Source of the DNA: Gammaproteobacteria bacterium
GTDB taxonomy: Bacteria; Pseudomonadota; Gammaproteobacteria; Ga0077536
Length of the DNA stretch: 64,000 nt
Direction: 5' to 3'
Assembly: GCA_009692365.1 (NCBI GenBank)
Contig: SHZJ01000002.1
Location: 52,692 to 116,691, forward strand
Below are positions 28,700-38,798 of this stretch, one piece after another. A program made the translations under genes and the position numbers. Positions within the stretch are counted from its first letter, which is position 1, and every line of letters begins with the position of its first letter. Below the pieces are notes generated by a model. The model did not search any database. It was not told where the DNA came from and saw only the letters and a program-made list of their open reading frames with translations.

Positions 28700-29830
28700 A
28701 TGACTGCGCTGCACTCTGCGATCGACCCCGGCGGCCTGCTCGAATATTCAGTCGTCTACACCGACCGTGCGATGAATCACATGTCGCGCAATTTTCAGGG
28801 AGTGATGCAAGAAGTCTCACGCGTACTCAAGGCGGTTTATCACGCCCACAGTGCGGTGGTGGTGCCGGGCAGCGGGACTTTTGGTATGGAGGCCGTGGCG
28901 CGCCAGTTCGCCACCGGGCGCCGCTGTCTCGTGATCCGCAACGGCTGGTTCAGCTATCGCTGGACGCAGATTTTTGAACTGGGAAATATCCCGGCGGCCT
29001 GCAGTGTGCTCAAGGCCCGGCAGGTCGGTGCCGGTGGGACACGCGCACCGTTCGCCCCGCCCCCTATCGAGGAGGTGGTGGCCGCCATCCACGCGCAAAA
29101 ACCCGAAATCGTGTGCGCACCACACGTCGAAACATCGGCCGGCATGTTGCTGCCGCCTGAGTATCTGCAGGCGGTGGGCACCGCCGTACGCGAAGTGGGC
29201 GGTTTGTTTGTGTTGGATTGCATCGCCTCCGGCGCGTTGTGGATCGACATGGTGGCGTGCGCCGTGGATGTCCTCATCAGCGCGCCGCAAAAAGGCTGGA
29301 GCAGCACGCCCTGTGCGGCGCTCGTGATGTTGAGCGAGCGCGCACGCGCACGGATCGACGACACCACCAGCACCAGTTACGCCTGCGATCTCCGCAAATG
29401 GCTGGCCATCATGGAAACCTACGAGAACGGCGGCCACGCCTACCATGCCACCCTGCCCACCGACGGGCTGCGGCAGTTAGCGGCGGCCATGCACGAGGCC
29501 GAGGTTTACGGTTTTGAGCGCTTAAAAACCCAACAGCTGGCGCTGGGCGAGCGCGTGCGGGCACTGATCGAGAGCCAAGGCTACGCCAGCGTGGCGGCCC
29601 CCGGCTTTCAAGCGCCTTGCGTGGTGGTGAGCTACACCGAGGATCCAGACATCCACAATGGCAAAAAATTTATGGCCACGGGTCTGCAAATTGCCGCCGG
29701 GGTCCCGCTGCAACTTGACGAGCCGGCTGATTTCCGCAGTTTTCGGATTGGTCTGTTTGGCCTCGACAAGCTGCAGGATGTCGAACGCACGCTCGCCAGC
29801 TTGGCAGACTCGCTGCGCCAGCTGACCTGA
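28700..29830 (+). CDS. Class V (PLP fold type I) aminotransferase, serine-glyoxylate/alanine-glyoxylate or 2-aminoethylphosphonate-pyruvate transaminase-like.
   Basis: ~376 aa with GSGTFGMEA near the N-terminus and a central VLDCIASGA...SAPQKGW containing the PLP-Lys. This matches class V architecture. Confidence 0.7.
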   Translation: MTALHSAIDPGGLLEYSVVYTDRAMNHMSRNFQGVMQEVSRVLKAVYHAHSAVVVPGSGTFGMEAVARQFATGRRCLVIRNGWFSYRWTQIFELGNIPAACSVLKARQVGAGGTRAPFAPPPIEEVVAAIHAQKPEIVCAPHVETSAGMLLPPEYLQAVGTAVREVGGLFVLDCIASGALWIDMVACAVDVLISAPQKGWSSTPCAALVMLSERARARIDDTTSTSYACDLRKWLAIMETYENGGHAYHATLPTDGLRQLAAAMHEAEVYGFERLKTQQLALGERVRALIESQGYASVAAPGFQAPCVVVSYTEDPDIHNGKKFMATGLQIAAGVPLQLDEPADFRSFRIGLFGLDKLQDVERTLASLADSLRQLT

Positions 29831-29863
29831 ACGAAGTGGCGTCGCGCGGTCGCGCGCGAGCGC

Positions 29864-29899
29864 TTGTTTAAGGGCCGCTGGCGGCTAGCTAGACCACCG
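29864..29899. terminator. Perfect 11-bp inverted-repeat hairpin between convergent genes; possible bidirectional terminator.
   Basis: GCCGCTGGCGG-ctagctagacca-CCGCCAGCGGC. There is no T/A tract on either side, so intrinsic-terminator status is uncertain. Confidence 0.4.
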
Positions 29900-29918
29900 C
29901 CAGCGGCACGCGCCCCGG

Positions 29919-31001
29919 TCAGCGAAATGCCGGCATGACGTACTCCGCAAAATCTCGCAGCACTTTGCGCTCGCAATCCATCGGTGGCCACAGGTCTAGT
30001 TCTTTGATGCCGCCAGCTTCCAGGCGTTGGATGTGTTCGATGAGTTCGTCTGGCTCGCCGACCAACGCGCTCGCTTGGATGGCAGCCGGCGTGATAAAGC
30101 GCCGTTCGGCCGGGTTCAAGTACACCAAATGGCCATCATGAATCTGCCGGAAACGCGCATTTTCCGGCAGGCTCATGGCCTGCACGTGCGCGAGGTACTC
30201 GGGCCAGATCCCCTGAAAATGCGGCGGAATGATGGCATCGTTACAGCCGTTGTCTTTCCAGACCTCATAGAAAAAGTGCAACTCGCAGGCAACCCAACTG
30301 CCGGTTTCATCGATGATGCGCTCGTCACTCAGGCGGTCGCCCGGCCGCAGCACGCAACTCGTGGCGATGAACGCGGTGTGAAAATCAGGCGGTAGCGTGC
30401 GGCCCGCTTTGGCGGCGCCGCGCTCGATGGCCGCGAGCTTGGGCTCGACGACCTCCGGCTCGCCGCCGACCGTGATCCAGCCATCGCCAAAAGCGCCGGT
30501 GGCTTCTAGGGCTTTCGGCCCGTTGGCCGCGACGTAAATGGGGATCCGGTTGTCCAAATCGATGAAGCGCCGCTCGCGGTGCAGAAACTGAATTTCGCGC
30601 GTTTCGCCGTGATAGGTGTAGTTCACGGCCTCGCCGTCCAGCAGCGCCCGCACCACGCGCAGATATTCGCGGAATTCCCCGACCCGCATCGGGTCTTGGC
30701 CCATCACCCGCATCGCCGTATGCCCGGTGCCCAGACCTAGGAATACCCGTCCCGGCGCCAGCGCGTTGATGCTGGCGATGGAATGCGCTGTCACCGGTGC
30801 GATGCGCGTACCCGTGATAGAAACCCCGGTACCAATGGCGATGCGCCGGGTGTGGTGCGCCGCGAGCGCCATGGTGGCGTAGCAATCCGACCAGAGCATT
30901 TGGGAATCGCCCACCCATGCCCGGTCGTAGCCGAGTTCTTCCGCGTAGCGAATGATGTCCCAGTTGTTGATGTGCGTGCTGACGCCGAGGCCAAATTGCA
31001 T
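29919..31001 (-). CDS. Luciferase-like (LLM) flavin/F420-type oxidoreductase, second paralog in the window.
   Basis: MQFGLGVSTHINNWDIIRYAEELGYDRAWVGDSQ and LGLGTGH are LLM motifs. Strong RBS GGAGG before the ATG (complement 30999..31001). The track ORF extends upstream to 31136 without coding support. Confidence 0.75.
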   Translation of the reverse strand: MQFGLGVSTHINNWDIIRYAEELGYDRAWVGDSQMLWSDCYATMALAAHHTRRIAIGTGVSITGTRIAPVTAHSIASINALAPGRVFLGLGTGHTAMRVMGQDPMRVGEFREYLRVVRALLDGEAVNYTYHGETREIQFLHRERRFIDLDNRIPIYVAANGPKALEATGAFGDGWITVGGEPEVVEPKLAAIERGAAKAGRTLPPDFHTAFIATSCVLRPGDRLSDERIIDETGSWVACELHFFYEVWKDNGCNDAIIPPHFQGIWPEYLAHVQAMSLPENARFRQIHDGHLVYLNPAERRFITPAAIQASALVGEPDELIEHIQRLEAGGIKELDLWPPMDCERKVLRDFAEYVMPAFR

Positions 31002-31147
31002 AAAACCTCCGTGCTTTCTCGTGCTGCATTGTGGGCGCGCACCGTGTTGCAAAACCCGGCAACAGGCGCGACGGTCCGTGCAGCTTGCGGGTGATTGCGG
31101 GCGCGGGCAAGCTGGCTGGCATCGCGCAGCGGCCACGCCAAAACCCC

Positions 31148-32348
31148 ATGAGAGTGCTCTTGATTAGCCGCGCCCGTGCCCCCGGGGTGGGCGGGATCGA
31201 AAACCACAACCACGCGCTGTCCGTGTAGCTGCCGCACTATGCCGCCGAGAGGACGCTCGCTAATCGCCGGGGCAAACGGGCGCTGCCCTGGTTCCTACCG
31301 TTCGCCACACTCTTTGCGCTAGTTGCCCGGCCACGTTACGACGTCGTGTTGCTCGGCGACGGCGTGCTGGCCATTACCGGCTGGATTATCAAGCGCCTAC
31401 AACCACGCCAAAAGGTCGTGTGCGTGGTCCACGGGCTAGATTTGATCTGGCCTGCGCGCTGGTATCAGCGCCTGTGGGTGCGGCGTTTTCTGCCGGCCCT
31501 AGATGGACTCATCGCGGTCAGCGCACCAACGCGCCACCACGCGTTGGCGCACGGCTTGGCCGCCGCCGCGATAACGGTGATCCCGAACGGAATCGAGACC
31601 GAAACGCTGGCCGGCAGCGACGCGCGCGAAGACTTGGCCCGGTGCTTGGGTCGAGATGTTGCGCACACGCACGTGCTATTGACTGCCGGACGGCTGGCGC
31701 GACGCAAAGGCGCGGCGTGGTTCATCCGTGAAGTGCTCCCCCAACTAGCGCCCAATACGCTGTATGTCCTCGCCGGTGCCGGCCCGGCCTTCGCCGAGAT
31801 TCAGAGCGCCATCCGTGATACCAACCTCCAAGGCCGGGTGCTCCTGCTTGGGCCAGTGAGTGACGCCACGCGCAACCTCCTCCTCAACACCGTGGATGTG
31901 TTCGTGCAGCCCAACATTCCGGTGCCTGGGGACATGGAAGGTTTTGGGATTGCCGTGCTCGAAGCCGCGGGGTGTGGTCGCCCGGTGGTGGCGGCGGCGT
32001 TGGAGGGTTTACTCGACGCCATTACCCCCAACGAGAACGGCTTGTTGGTCGCCCCCGCGGCCGCGCGCTGGATCGCGACCCTCAACGCACTGCTGGCCGA
32101 TCCGCAGGCGCGTCACGACTTGGGGGCACACGCCGCGCAGTACACCCATCAGCACTACCACTGGCACGGGATCGCAGGCGCGTCACGACTTGGGGGCACA
32201 CGGCGCGCAGTACACCCATCAGCACTACCACTGGCACGGGATCGCAGCGCGTCACGACTTGGGGGCACGCGGCGCGCAGTACACCCATCAGCACTACCAC
32301 TGGCACGGGATCGCAGCGCGTCACGCCGCGGCGCTCGCAGACATCTGA
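31148..32348 (+). pseudogene. Family 1 (GT4-type) glycosyltransferase gene, disrupted by an in-frame TAG at 31226..31228 and a frame-shifting tandem triplication near the 3' end.
   Basis: ATG 31148 encodes MRVLLISRARAPGVGGIENH (GT4 N-terminus) followed by TAG. The same frame resumes as ...RPRYDVVLLGDGVL...VVCVVHGLD...FVQPN..EGFGIAVLEAAGCGRPVVA (GT4 core). The C-terminus is repeated in two frames across three 70/70/69-bp repeat units. Confidence 0.6.
32104..32325. repeat. Tandem direct repeat of ~70 bp x3 (plus a 13-bp partial fourth) inside the 3' end of the glycosyltransferase gene.
   Basis: Copies at 32104..32173, 32174..32243 and 32244..32312 (the last is 69 bp, with one G lost). Unit is gcaggcgcgtcacgacttgggggcacacgccgcgcagtacacccatcagcactaccactggcacgggatc. 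Confidence 0.9.
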
Positions 32349-32573
32349 CGCCCGCCCGCGCCGGGGCACGCGCCGCGCGACGACGCTCACGGCTGGCGGC
32401 GAACCACGCCGCAATGGTCTATTTTGCACCGTGGACGAAGCGCCCCCCGCGACCCGCTCCGACCTCTTTTTATCACCCCCTCAGGCGCTTAAGATTGGGC
32501 CCGCGGGGCGCCGGTTCTCGTTAAACAATCCAAGCAAAACGAGCAGACGGGTAGTCTGCACTAGCGGGAGCGG

Positions 32574-33659
32574 GTGGATATGCGTGAAAGGATGGCGATT
32601 GTGTCGCCTGCGGAGGTCACCCCGGCGTGGCTCACTCAGGCGCTGCAACAAAGGGGCATCGACGCGCGCGTAAGCCGCCTCGACAGCGAGAACGTGGGCA
32701 CCGGACAGCTCGGCGAAACGCGGCGTTTTTTTCTGCACTACCACGGAACTGTGCCACCCGATGCACCCGCCACGCTGGTGGGTAAATTTGCGTCGCCCAA
32801 CGAAGTGGCCCGCAAATCCGGCCGTGAAATGGGCTTTTACAAAGCCGAGGTCATGTTTTACCGCGAACTCGCGCATCGCGCCGGCATTCGCACGCCGGCG
32901 GTGTATGTCGCAGAGCTCGATCCGGTGAGCAACGATTTCACCCTGCTGTTAGAGGATTTGGCCCCGGCCCAACAGGGTGACCAAATGCGCGGCTGCACGC
33001 TGGCCGAGGCGCGCGCCGCCTTGAGCGAAGCCGCCAGACTCCACGCCTCGTTCTGGAATGACACCCAGCTCAGCCAACAAGACTGGTGCTACGTGCCTGC
33101 CGGGGCGCAAGGCTATTACACCACCGAACTCATCGAACAAAGCTGGGACCACGTCCAGAAAAACTACCCGGGCTGGCTGAGTCCTGAGGTCATGGCGGTG
33201 TGTGCCAAGTATGTGCGCAACCACGCGTGGTGGAACCGCCCACGCGAATTCCCGAAATGTTTCTCGCATAACGATTTTCGACCCGACAACATGATGTTCA
33301 GCACCACCGGCGAACGCGTGGCGGTGGTGGACTGGCAGACCTGCGGCTTTCTCGGCACGGGCATGGATTTGGCGTATTTCCTCGGCGGGGCGCTGCCACG
33401 CGAGCTGCGCGTGCAACATGAGGAGGTGCTGCTGCGCGAGTATCACACCGAACTACTGGCCCGGGGGGTCGAGCACTACACCTTCGAGCATCTGCTAAAT
33501 GACTATCGCCACTACAGCTTTGCGGCGATCGCCGTGGCCCTCGCCGCCACGCTCATCGTCAAGCGCACCGACCGTGGCGACGCCATGCTGATGCACATGA
33601 CCATTGGCGCCGCGCTGCAGGCGCTGGACACCCACGCCGTCGATTTTCTGCCAGATTAG
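32574..33659 (+). CDS. Protein-kinase-fold phosphotransferase of the CHK/EcKL/APH superfamily.
   Basis: Catalytic motif FSHNDFRPDNMMF (Brenner/CHK-like H-x-D-x4-N) and downstream VVDWQTCGF (DFG-equivalent). ~360 aa. Confidence 0.7.
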   Translation: MDMRERMAIVSPAEVTPAWLTQALQQRGIDARVSRLDSENVGTGQLGETRRFFLHYHGTVPPDAPATLVGKFASPNEVARKSGREMGFYKAEVMFYRELAHRAGIRTPAVYVAELDPVSNDFTLLLEDLAPAQQGDQMRGCTLAEARAALSEAARLHASFWNDTQLSQQDWCYVPAGAQGYYTTELIEQSWDHVQKNYPGWLSPEVMAVCAKYVRNHAWWNRPREFPKCFSHNDFRPDNMMFSTTGERVAVVDWQTCGFLGTGMDLAYFLGGALPRELRVQHEEVLLREYHTELLARGVEHYTFEHLLNDYRHYSFAAIAVALAATLIVKRTDRGDAMLMHMTIGAALQALDTHAVDFLPD

Positions 33660-33670
33660 GAGGCCTGCCG

Positions 33671-34357
33671 ATGAAACTTGCCAAACAACATCTCGACCTT
33701 GGGTTGTTTACCGCAGATATCAACGCCCAGCGCACTTTTTGGGGCGAGGTCGTGGGCCTGCGCTTAGACCACGAACTGACCTTACGGGAAGGCTGGGTGC
33801 AGCATCGCTACGATGCGCACAACTCGGTCATCAAAGTGAATCACTTTGAAGGTGCCCTGCCCGACTGGCCGGCCTCGGGCTACGTCGGGGTCACCATTGC
33901 ACGCGCCGAGCAAACCCCCTGGGAAGGTCGGCATCCCGGTGGTGGTCGCGTGCGCTTGGTGCCCACGGGCAGCGAGGGCGTGGTGGGTATCGCCATCACG
34001 GTGAGCACCCCGGAGCCCGCACGGATGCTGGATTTTTATCTGCATGCGATGGAATTTGAGGAGGCCGGACCGAATACCGCGCGCTGCGGGGATACCCTGC
34101 TGGTCATCGAGAAGGGGCCGGGTGGGCAGCCGTTCAACGACTTCATCGCCCCCGGCTATCGCTATCTCACGGTGCAGATTTTTGATGCCGATGAGGCCTG
34201 CGCGGGCATCGTGGCGCGCGGCGGGCGCTTGGTGCAGGCCCCGGTGAGCTTGGGGACGGTCGCGCGCTACGCCTTCGTGGCCGACCCAGACGGCAATTGG
34301 TTTGAAATCTCCGCGCGGGCCTCGCTGACCGGCGTCCTGCCGATCCCCAACGCCTAG
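33671..34357 (+). CDS. Two-domain VOC-superfamily protein (glyoxalase/bleomycin-resistance/extradiol dioxygenase-like).
   Basis: MKLAKQHLDLGLFTADINAQRTFWGEVVGLRL and a second beta-alpha-beta-beta-beta module (ITVSTPEPARMLDFYLHAMEF...VADPDGNWFEI). Confidence 0.65.
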   Translation: MKLAKQHLDLGLFTADINAQRTFWGEVVGLRLDHELTLREGWVQHRYDAHNSVIKVNHFEGALPDWPASGYVGVTIARAEQTPWEGRHPGGGRVRLVPTGSEGVVGIAITVSTPEPARMLDFYLHAMEFEEAGPNTARCGDTLLVIEKGPGGQPFNDFIAPGYRYLTVQIFDADEACAGIVARGGRLVQAPVSLGTVARYAFVADPDGNWFEISARASLTGVLPIPNA

Positions 34358-34962
34358 CGCCCGGGCGAGGGACTTGGGTCAAGCGCGTGGGCAACCCCCG
34401 CGGCGGTCAAGAGCTGTAGGGTTTCGGCCAGCGGCAGACCCACGACGTTGGAATAGCTGCCCTCGATCCGATCGACCAACGCCCCACCCAGACCTTGAAT
34501 GCCATACGCGCCGGCTTTGTCCGCCGGCTCGCCGCTGGCCCAATAGGCCTCAATGTCTTGCTGGCGCAGCGCCCGAAAGCGCACGCGGGTTGCCACGGTG
34601 CAGGCGTAGGGGGCGCCTACCGGTGGCCGCAGCACCACCGCCGTGTACACCTCGTGCCAAACGCCCGCGAGCCGGCTGAGCATGCGCAGACCGTCCGGCC
34701 GGTCCAGCGGTTTACCGAGAATTTCGCCGCCGACCACCACCGTCGTATCCGCGGCCAGCACCCGGGCACCGGGCGCTGCGGCACGCTGCCCGGCCAGCGC
34801 CTTCGCCTGCGCCAAGCGCGCCACATAGACCGGCGCGGCTTCGCCCAACCGTCGCGACTCGTCTACCTCGCCGTCGATAATCTGGAAAGACACCCCCAGC
34901 GTGCGCAGTAACTCGGCCCGCCGTGGCGAACGCGAGGCGAGGCACAGCGCCACCCCGCTCAT
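34354..34962 (-). CDS. maf: Maf-family nucleoside triphosphate pyrophosphatase (septum formation protein Maf).
   Basis: LCLASRSPRRAELL...GAYGIQGLGGALVDRIEGSYSNVVGLPL. Start at the internal Met MSGVALC, with a 4-bp ATGA overlap with rlmH. Confidence 0.85.
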   Translation of the reverse strand: MSGVALCLASRSPRRAELLRTLGVSFQIIDGEVDESRRLGEAAPVYVARLAQAKALAGQRAAAPGARVLAADTTVVVGGEILGKPLDRPDGLRMLSRLAGVWHEVYTAVVLRPPVGAPYACTVATRVRFRALRQQDIEAYWASGEPADKAGAYGIQGLGGALVDRIEGSYSNVVGLPLAETLQLLTAAGVAHALDPSPSPGR

Positions 34963-35423
34963 GCGCGGTGATAGGGGTGATGATTGAGCACGGTCCATGC
35001 CCGGTAGAGTTGTTCCAGCACGATGACCCGCACCAGTGCGTGGGGCAAGGTGAGCTTGGAGAGTGACCAAACTTCGTGCGCCGCCGCGCGCAGGGTCGGT
35101 GCGTGACCTTCCGCACCACCAATGGCCAACACCACCTCGCCACCGCGCGCCCGCCAAGCCTCCAGCCGCGCCGCCAGTTGCACCGTCGACCAGTCGGCGC
35201 CACGTTCGTCCAGCGCCACCAGCCAGGCCTCGCTGGGCAGCGCTTTGAGCACGGCTTGGCCTTCTCGTTCGCGTTGCTGGTCCACGCCTGCGGCCCCGGT
35301 GTGCGGGGTGAAGTCGCGCGTGCGGATGGTGAGGGCGCCGGTTAGACGTTTGAGGTATTCCGCGCCGGCCTGCGTGGCCCACGCCGGTGGCTTTCGCGCC
35401 ACGCAGTACACCTGCACACGCAT
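34959..35423 (-). CDS. rlmH: 23S rRNA (pseudouridine1915-N3)-methyltransferase.
   Basis: MRVQVYCVARKPPAWA...LVALDERG...VLAIGGAEG is the SPOUT RlmH pattern. ~155 aa from the internal Met. Confidence 0.85.
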   Translation of the reverse strand: MRVQVYCVARKPPAWATQAGAEYLKRLTGALTIRTRDFTPHTGAAGVDQQREREGQAVLKALPSEAWLVALDERGADWSTVQLAARLEAWRARGGEVVLAIGGAEGHAPTLRAAAHEVWSLSKLTLPHALVRVIVLEQLYRAWTVLNHHPYHRA

Positions 35424-35439
35424 GCTGCGGGGCCGGCGT

Positions 35440-35802
35440 TTAGGCCGCCGGCGGCTCGGTGGCGCGCAGCCGCTTGGGGATTTCCCACAGCTTTTCCAGC
35501 TGGTAGAAGCCGCGGGTTTCTGGCTGCATGAGGTGGACGATGACATCGCCCAAATCGACCAGCACCCACTCGGAGGTTTCTTCGCCTTCGGTGCCGATGG
35601 GCCGTACTTTGCGTTTACGCGCAGCTTCCACCACGCGGTCGGCCAGTGCCTTCACCTGGCGCGAGGAGCGGCCGGTGGCAACGACCATGAAGTCGGCGAT
35701 CGAGGTGAGTTTACGGACGTCGAGGACTTTGACGTCCTCGGCCTTGCCATCGTCCAGCGCAGCTGTGACGACATCGAGAAGTTTTCGGGGTGTTACTGCC
35801 AT
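35440..35802 (-). CDS. rsfS: Ribosomal silencing factor RsfS (Iojap family).
   Basis: DFMVVATGRSSRQVKALADRVVE...EWVLVDLGDVIVHLMQPETRGFYQLEKLW aligns with E. coli RsfS. Start is at MAVTPRK or MRPMAV. Confidence 0.85.
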   Translation of the reverse strand: MAVTPRKLLDVVTAALDDGKAEDVKVLDVRKLTSIADFMVVATGRSSRQVKALADRVVEAARKRKVRPIGTEGEETSEWVLVDLGDVIVHLMQPETRGFYQLEKLWEIPKRLRATEPPAA

Positions 35803-35851
35803 CGGCCGCATTGTGGCCGTCAGCGCCGCCGCACACAACCGCGGCGCACAC

Positions 35852-36517
35852 TTATGGCGCCAGATAAAGCCCCTGAGCCGTAATAAACGCCACCACTGCG
35901 GGCGGTGTGAGGGCATCCAAACACTGACCGGCCCGGCGACGCGCGCGCAGATCGGTGGCGGAGATGGGCAACAACGGGATGGACAACCAGCCTACGCAGC
36001 CGGCCGGGGTCGTCGTTAATCGGCCAAAATCGGTGGTCTGCGCGCGCGCCAATTCGGGGATTGCGCCCAGACTCACGCCCGGCCGGGTCGCCACCACCAA
36101 ATGCGCGTAGTCCAATAATTCTCGCCAGCGATGCCACAGCGGCAGCGCATTCCAGGCGTCCGCACCCAAAATGAAACACAGCGGGCTGGTGGGAAACTGC
36201 TGCCGCAGGGAAATCAGGGTGTCGATCGTATAGCTGCACCCGCCCCGTGCTAGCTCCCGAGCGTCCACCACCAAGCCCGGCACAACGGCTCGTTCCAGCA
36301 TCGCCAAACGCTGCTCGGCGCGGGCCACGGCCGTGGCGCGCAGGTGGCTGCTCGCGGTAGGAATGAGCCGTACTTCGGCGAGCCCCAGCGCCTCGCGCAC
36401 CTCGAGCGCCAAACGCAGGTGGCCGTGGTGCACCGGGTCGAAGGTCCCACCCAGAATGCCGATGGCCGAGTTCAGCGCGCCCGCGACGCGCTCAGGTGCG
36501 CACGTGACCATCGCCAA
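35852..36517 (-). CDS. nadD: Nicotinate-nucleotide adenylyltransferase.
   Basis: [18 protein letters not shown] contains the (H/T)xGH motif. C-terminal ISATDLR. Exact start uncertain; it overlaps the proA 3' end. Confidence 0.85.
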   Translation of the reverse strand: MAMVTCAPERVAGALNSAIGILGGTFDPVHHGHLRLALEVREALGLAEVRLIPTASSHLRATAVARAEQRLAMLERAVVPGLVVDARELARGGCSYTIDTLISLRQQFPTSPLCFILGADAWNALPLWHRWRELLDYAHLVVATRPGVSLGAIPELARAQTTDFGRLTTTPAGCVGWLSIPLLPISATDLRARRRAGQCLDALTPPAVVAFITAQGLYLAP

Positions 36518-37754
36518 TCACCACCCATTTTTGCGAGGTCAGGCCCTCTAGGCCCACCGGTCCGCGCGCGTGAAATTTATCGGTGCTGATCCCAATTTCG
36601 GCCCCGAGGCCGTATTCAAAACCATCGGCAAAGCGGGTGGAGGCGTTGACCATCACCGAACTGGAGTCGACTTCCGCGATGAAACGCCGCGCCCGCGAGA
36701 CGTGCTCGGTCACGATGGCATCGGTGTGCTGGGAGCCATATTGCCGAATGTGGGCGATGGCTTGGTCTAGCCCCTCGACGAGGCGGATCGCGAGGATGGG
36801 TGCCAAATATTCCTCGTACCAGTCTTGTTCGGTGGCGATGAGCACCTGGCCGTCGATTGCCCGCGTCGCGGCACAGCCACGTAATTCAACCCCCGACGCC
36901 CGGTAGCGTGCCAGCAGCGGCGGCAACACCCGGGCGGCGATGGCTCGGTCGACCAGCAAGGTCTCCATGGTGTTGCACGTGCCGTAGCGCTGGCACTTCG
37001 CGTTGTGGGCGATGGCGATGGCTTTGTCGATATCGGCGTCGGCGTCGATGTAAACGTGACACACGCCATCCAGGTGTTTGATGACCGGCATGCGCGCCTC
37101 GCGCGTGACTCGCTCGATGAGTCCTTTGCCGCCGCGCGGGACGATGACGTCGATGTATTCGGGATGCGCCAACATCTCGCCCACGGCTGCGCGGTCGGTC
37201 GTTGCGATCACTTGCACCGCGGTGGGCGGCAAACCCACGTCCGCCAGCCCCGCCTGCACGCAGGCCGCGATCGCCTGATTCGCGTGATAGGCCTCTGAAC
37301 CGCCGCGCAATATCGCGGCGTTACCGGACTTCAAGCACAGCGCCGCGGCATCAGCGGTCACATTGGGTCGCGCCTCGTAGATTATCCCCACCACCCCGAG
37401 CGGCACCCGCATCCGCCCTACCTGAATCCCACTGGGGCGATAGGCGAGGTCGGTCAGGGTGCCGATGGGGTCGGCCAGTGCCGCCACTTCACGCAGGCCC
37501 AAGGCCATCGCCGCCACCCGCGCGGGCGTCAGCGTCAGACGGTCCAGCAGCGCGGCGTCCAGCGCGGCGGCGGCCGCTAAATCGCGCTCATTCGCCGCCA
37601 GAATGCCGGCGGCTTCCGCTTCGATGCGCACGGCGATCGCCAACAGGGCGGCGTTTTTAGCGGCGGTGGCGGCATTCGCCAGGGTCACGGCGGCGGCGCG
37701 CGCCGCCGCACCGACCTCGCGCAGATACCCGGCGATGAGTGATTCATCCATCAT
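36492..37754 (-). CDS. proA: Glutamate-5-semialdehyde dehydrogenase (gamma-glutamyl phosphate reductase).
   Basis: [36 protein letters not shown] and CNTMETLLV align with ProA. Confidence 0.92.
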   Translation of the reverse strand: MMDESLIAGYLREVGAAARAAAVTLANAATAAKNAALLAIAVRIEAEAAGILAANERDLAAAAALDAALLDRLTLTPARVAAMALGLREVAALADPIGTLTDLAYRPSGIQVGRMRVPLGVVGIIYEARPNVTADAAALCLKSGNAAILRGGSEAYHANQAIAACVQAGLADVGLPPTAVQVIATTDRAAVGEMLAHPEYIDVIVPRGGKGLIERVTREARMPVIKHLDGVCHVYIDADADIDKAIAIAHNAKCQRYGTCNTMETLLVDRAIAARVLPPLLARYRASGVELRGCAATRAIDGQVLIATEQDWYEEYLAPILAIRLVEGLDQAIAHIRQYGSQHTDAIVTEHVSRARRFIAEVDSSSVMVNASTRFADGFEYGLGAEIGISTDKFHARGPVGLEGLTSQKWVVIGDGHVRT

Positions 37755-37760
37755 TGTGCG

Positions 37761-38798
37761 TTACCTCGCAGTCCTCAGCGTGTCACCCAGTGCGCCCAGC
37801 CACGGTCCGCCGGCCAGCGCAATCAACAGGGACTCCAGTTCCTCCCAAGGCTCACCGGTGTCCATCCCCTTGACCATCCAATCGATGCGCACGCTGTCGC
37901 GCAGCAGCGTTTGCACTTGCCGCGGCGACAGCCGTTGCAGCGCTCGGCGCAAAAGTGCTTGTCTGGTTTGCCAGACCCGCTCGGTCGCGAAACCGGCCTC
38001 CACGCTGGACGCCGACTGCACGCGCGACAGCAGGCGCAGTTCACGCCCCGCCGACCAACTAATGACCACCGGTTCAGCGCCTTCCTCACGCACCCCACGC
38101 AGCATGCGCACCGCGCGGGCCGCGTCACCCGCCAGCGCGCTGTCCACGACCTTGTAAACATCATAGCGGGCACTGTCTGTTACCGCCGCCAGCGCATGCT
38201 CCAAGGTGATCACCGGCGCGTCGACCAACAACAGCAGCAAGTCGATTTCCTGCGCGGCGGCCAGCAGATTACCCTCGGTGCGGGCCGCGAGTAGGTCGGC
38301 GGCAGGGGCCGCGAGTTCGCGGCCGTGGGCGCGCGCGCGCGCGTCCAGCCAGTGGTGGAACGCTGCCCCTTCGGGGAGGCGGCAAGGCACCACCACGCCG
38401 CGGGCAGCGAGCCCTGCAAACCAGTCTTTTTTTTCATCATCGCGGCTCAGCGCTTCGGCGCTGATGATGAAAATGTCTTCCCCCTCGGGGGCACTGGCGA
38501 GGGCTTTGAGAAAACTCTCGGCGGGCGCATCGGGTTTTTTTTTGCCCAGTTCAATTTCAATCACGCGCCGCGCACAGAATAAGGACAAGCTCTGGGTTTC
38601 CGCGTGGAGAGCGTCCCAATTGATCCCGGTCACGGCATCAAAGCGCAAGCGCTCCTCGGCGCCGGCGGCCCGGGCGGCGAGGCGGATGGCGTCTGCGCTT
38701 TCGATGCGTTGCAGCGGCTCCTCGCCAAAAATCAAAAACAGCGGCGCGAGGGGCGGACGCGCCAGCGCCGCCGCGAGGCGCTCCGGTTTAATGATCAA
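37761..38798 (-). CDS. holA: DNA polymerase III subunit delta.
   Basis: MIIKPERLAAALARPPLAPLFLIFGEEPL is the HolA N-terminus. Conserved position between lptE and proA/nadD. Confidence 0.85.
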   Translation of the reverse strand: MIIKPERLAAALARPPLAPLFLIFGEEPLQRIESADAIRLAARAAGAEERLRFDAVTGINWDALHAETQSLSLFCARRVIEIELGKKKPDAPAESFLKALASAPEGEDIFIISAEALSRDDEKKDWFAGLAARGVVVPCRLPEGAAFHHWLDARARAHGRELAAPAADLLAARTEGNLLAAAQEIDLLLLLVDAPVITLEHALAAVTDSARYDVYKVVDSALAGDAARAVRMLRGVREEGAEPVVISWSAGRELRLLSRVQSASSVEAGFATERVWQTRQALLRRALQRLSPRQVQTLLRDSVRIDWMVKGMDTGEPWEELESLLIALAGGPWLGALGDTLRTAR

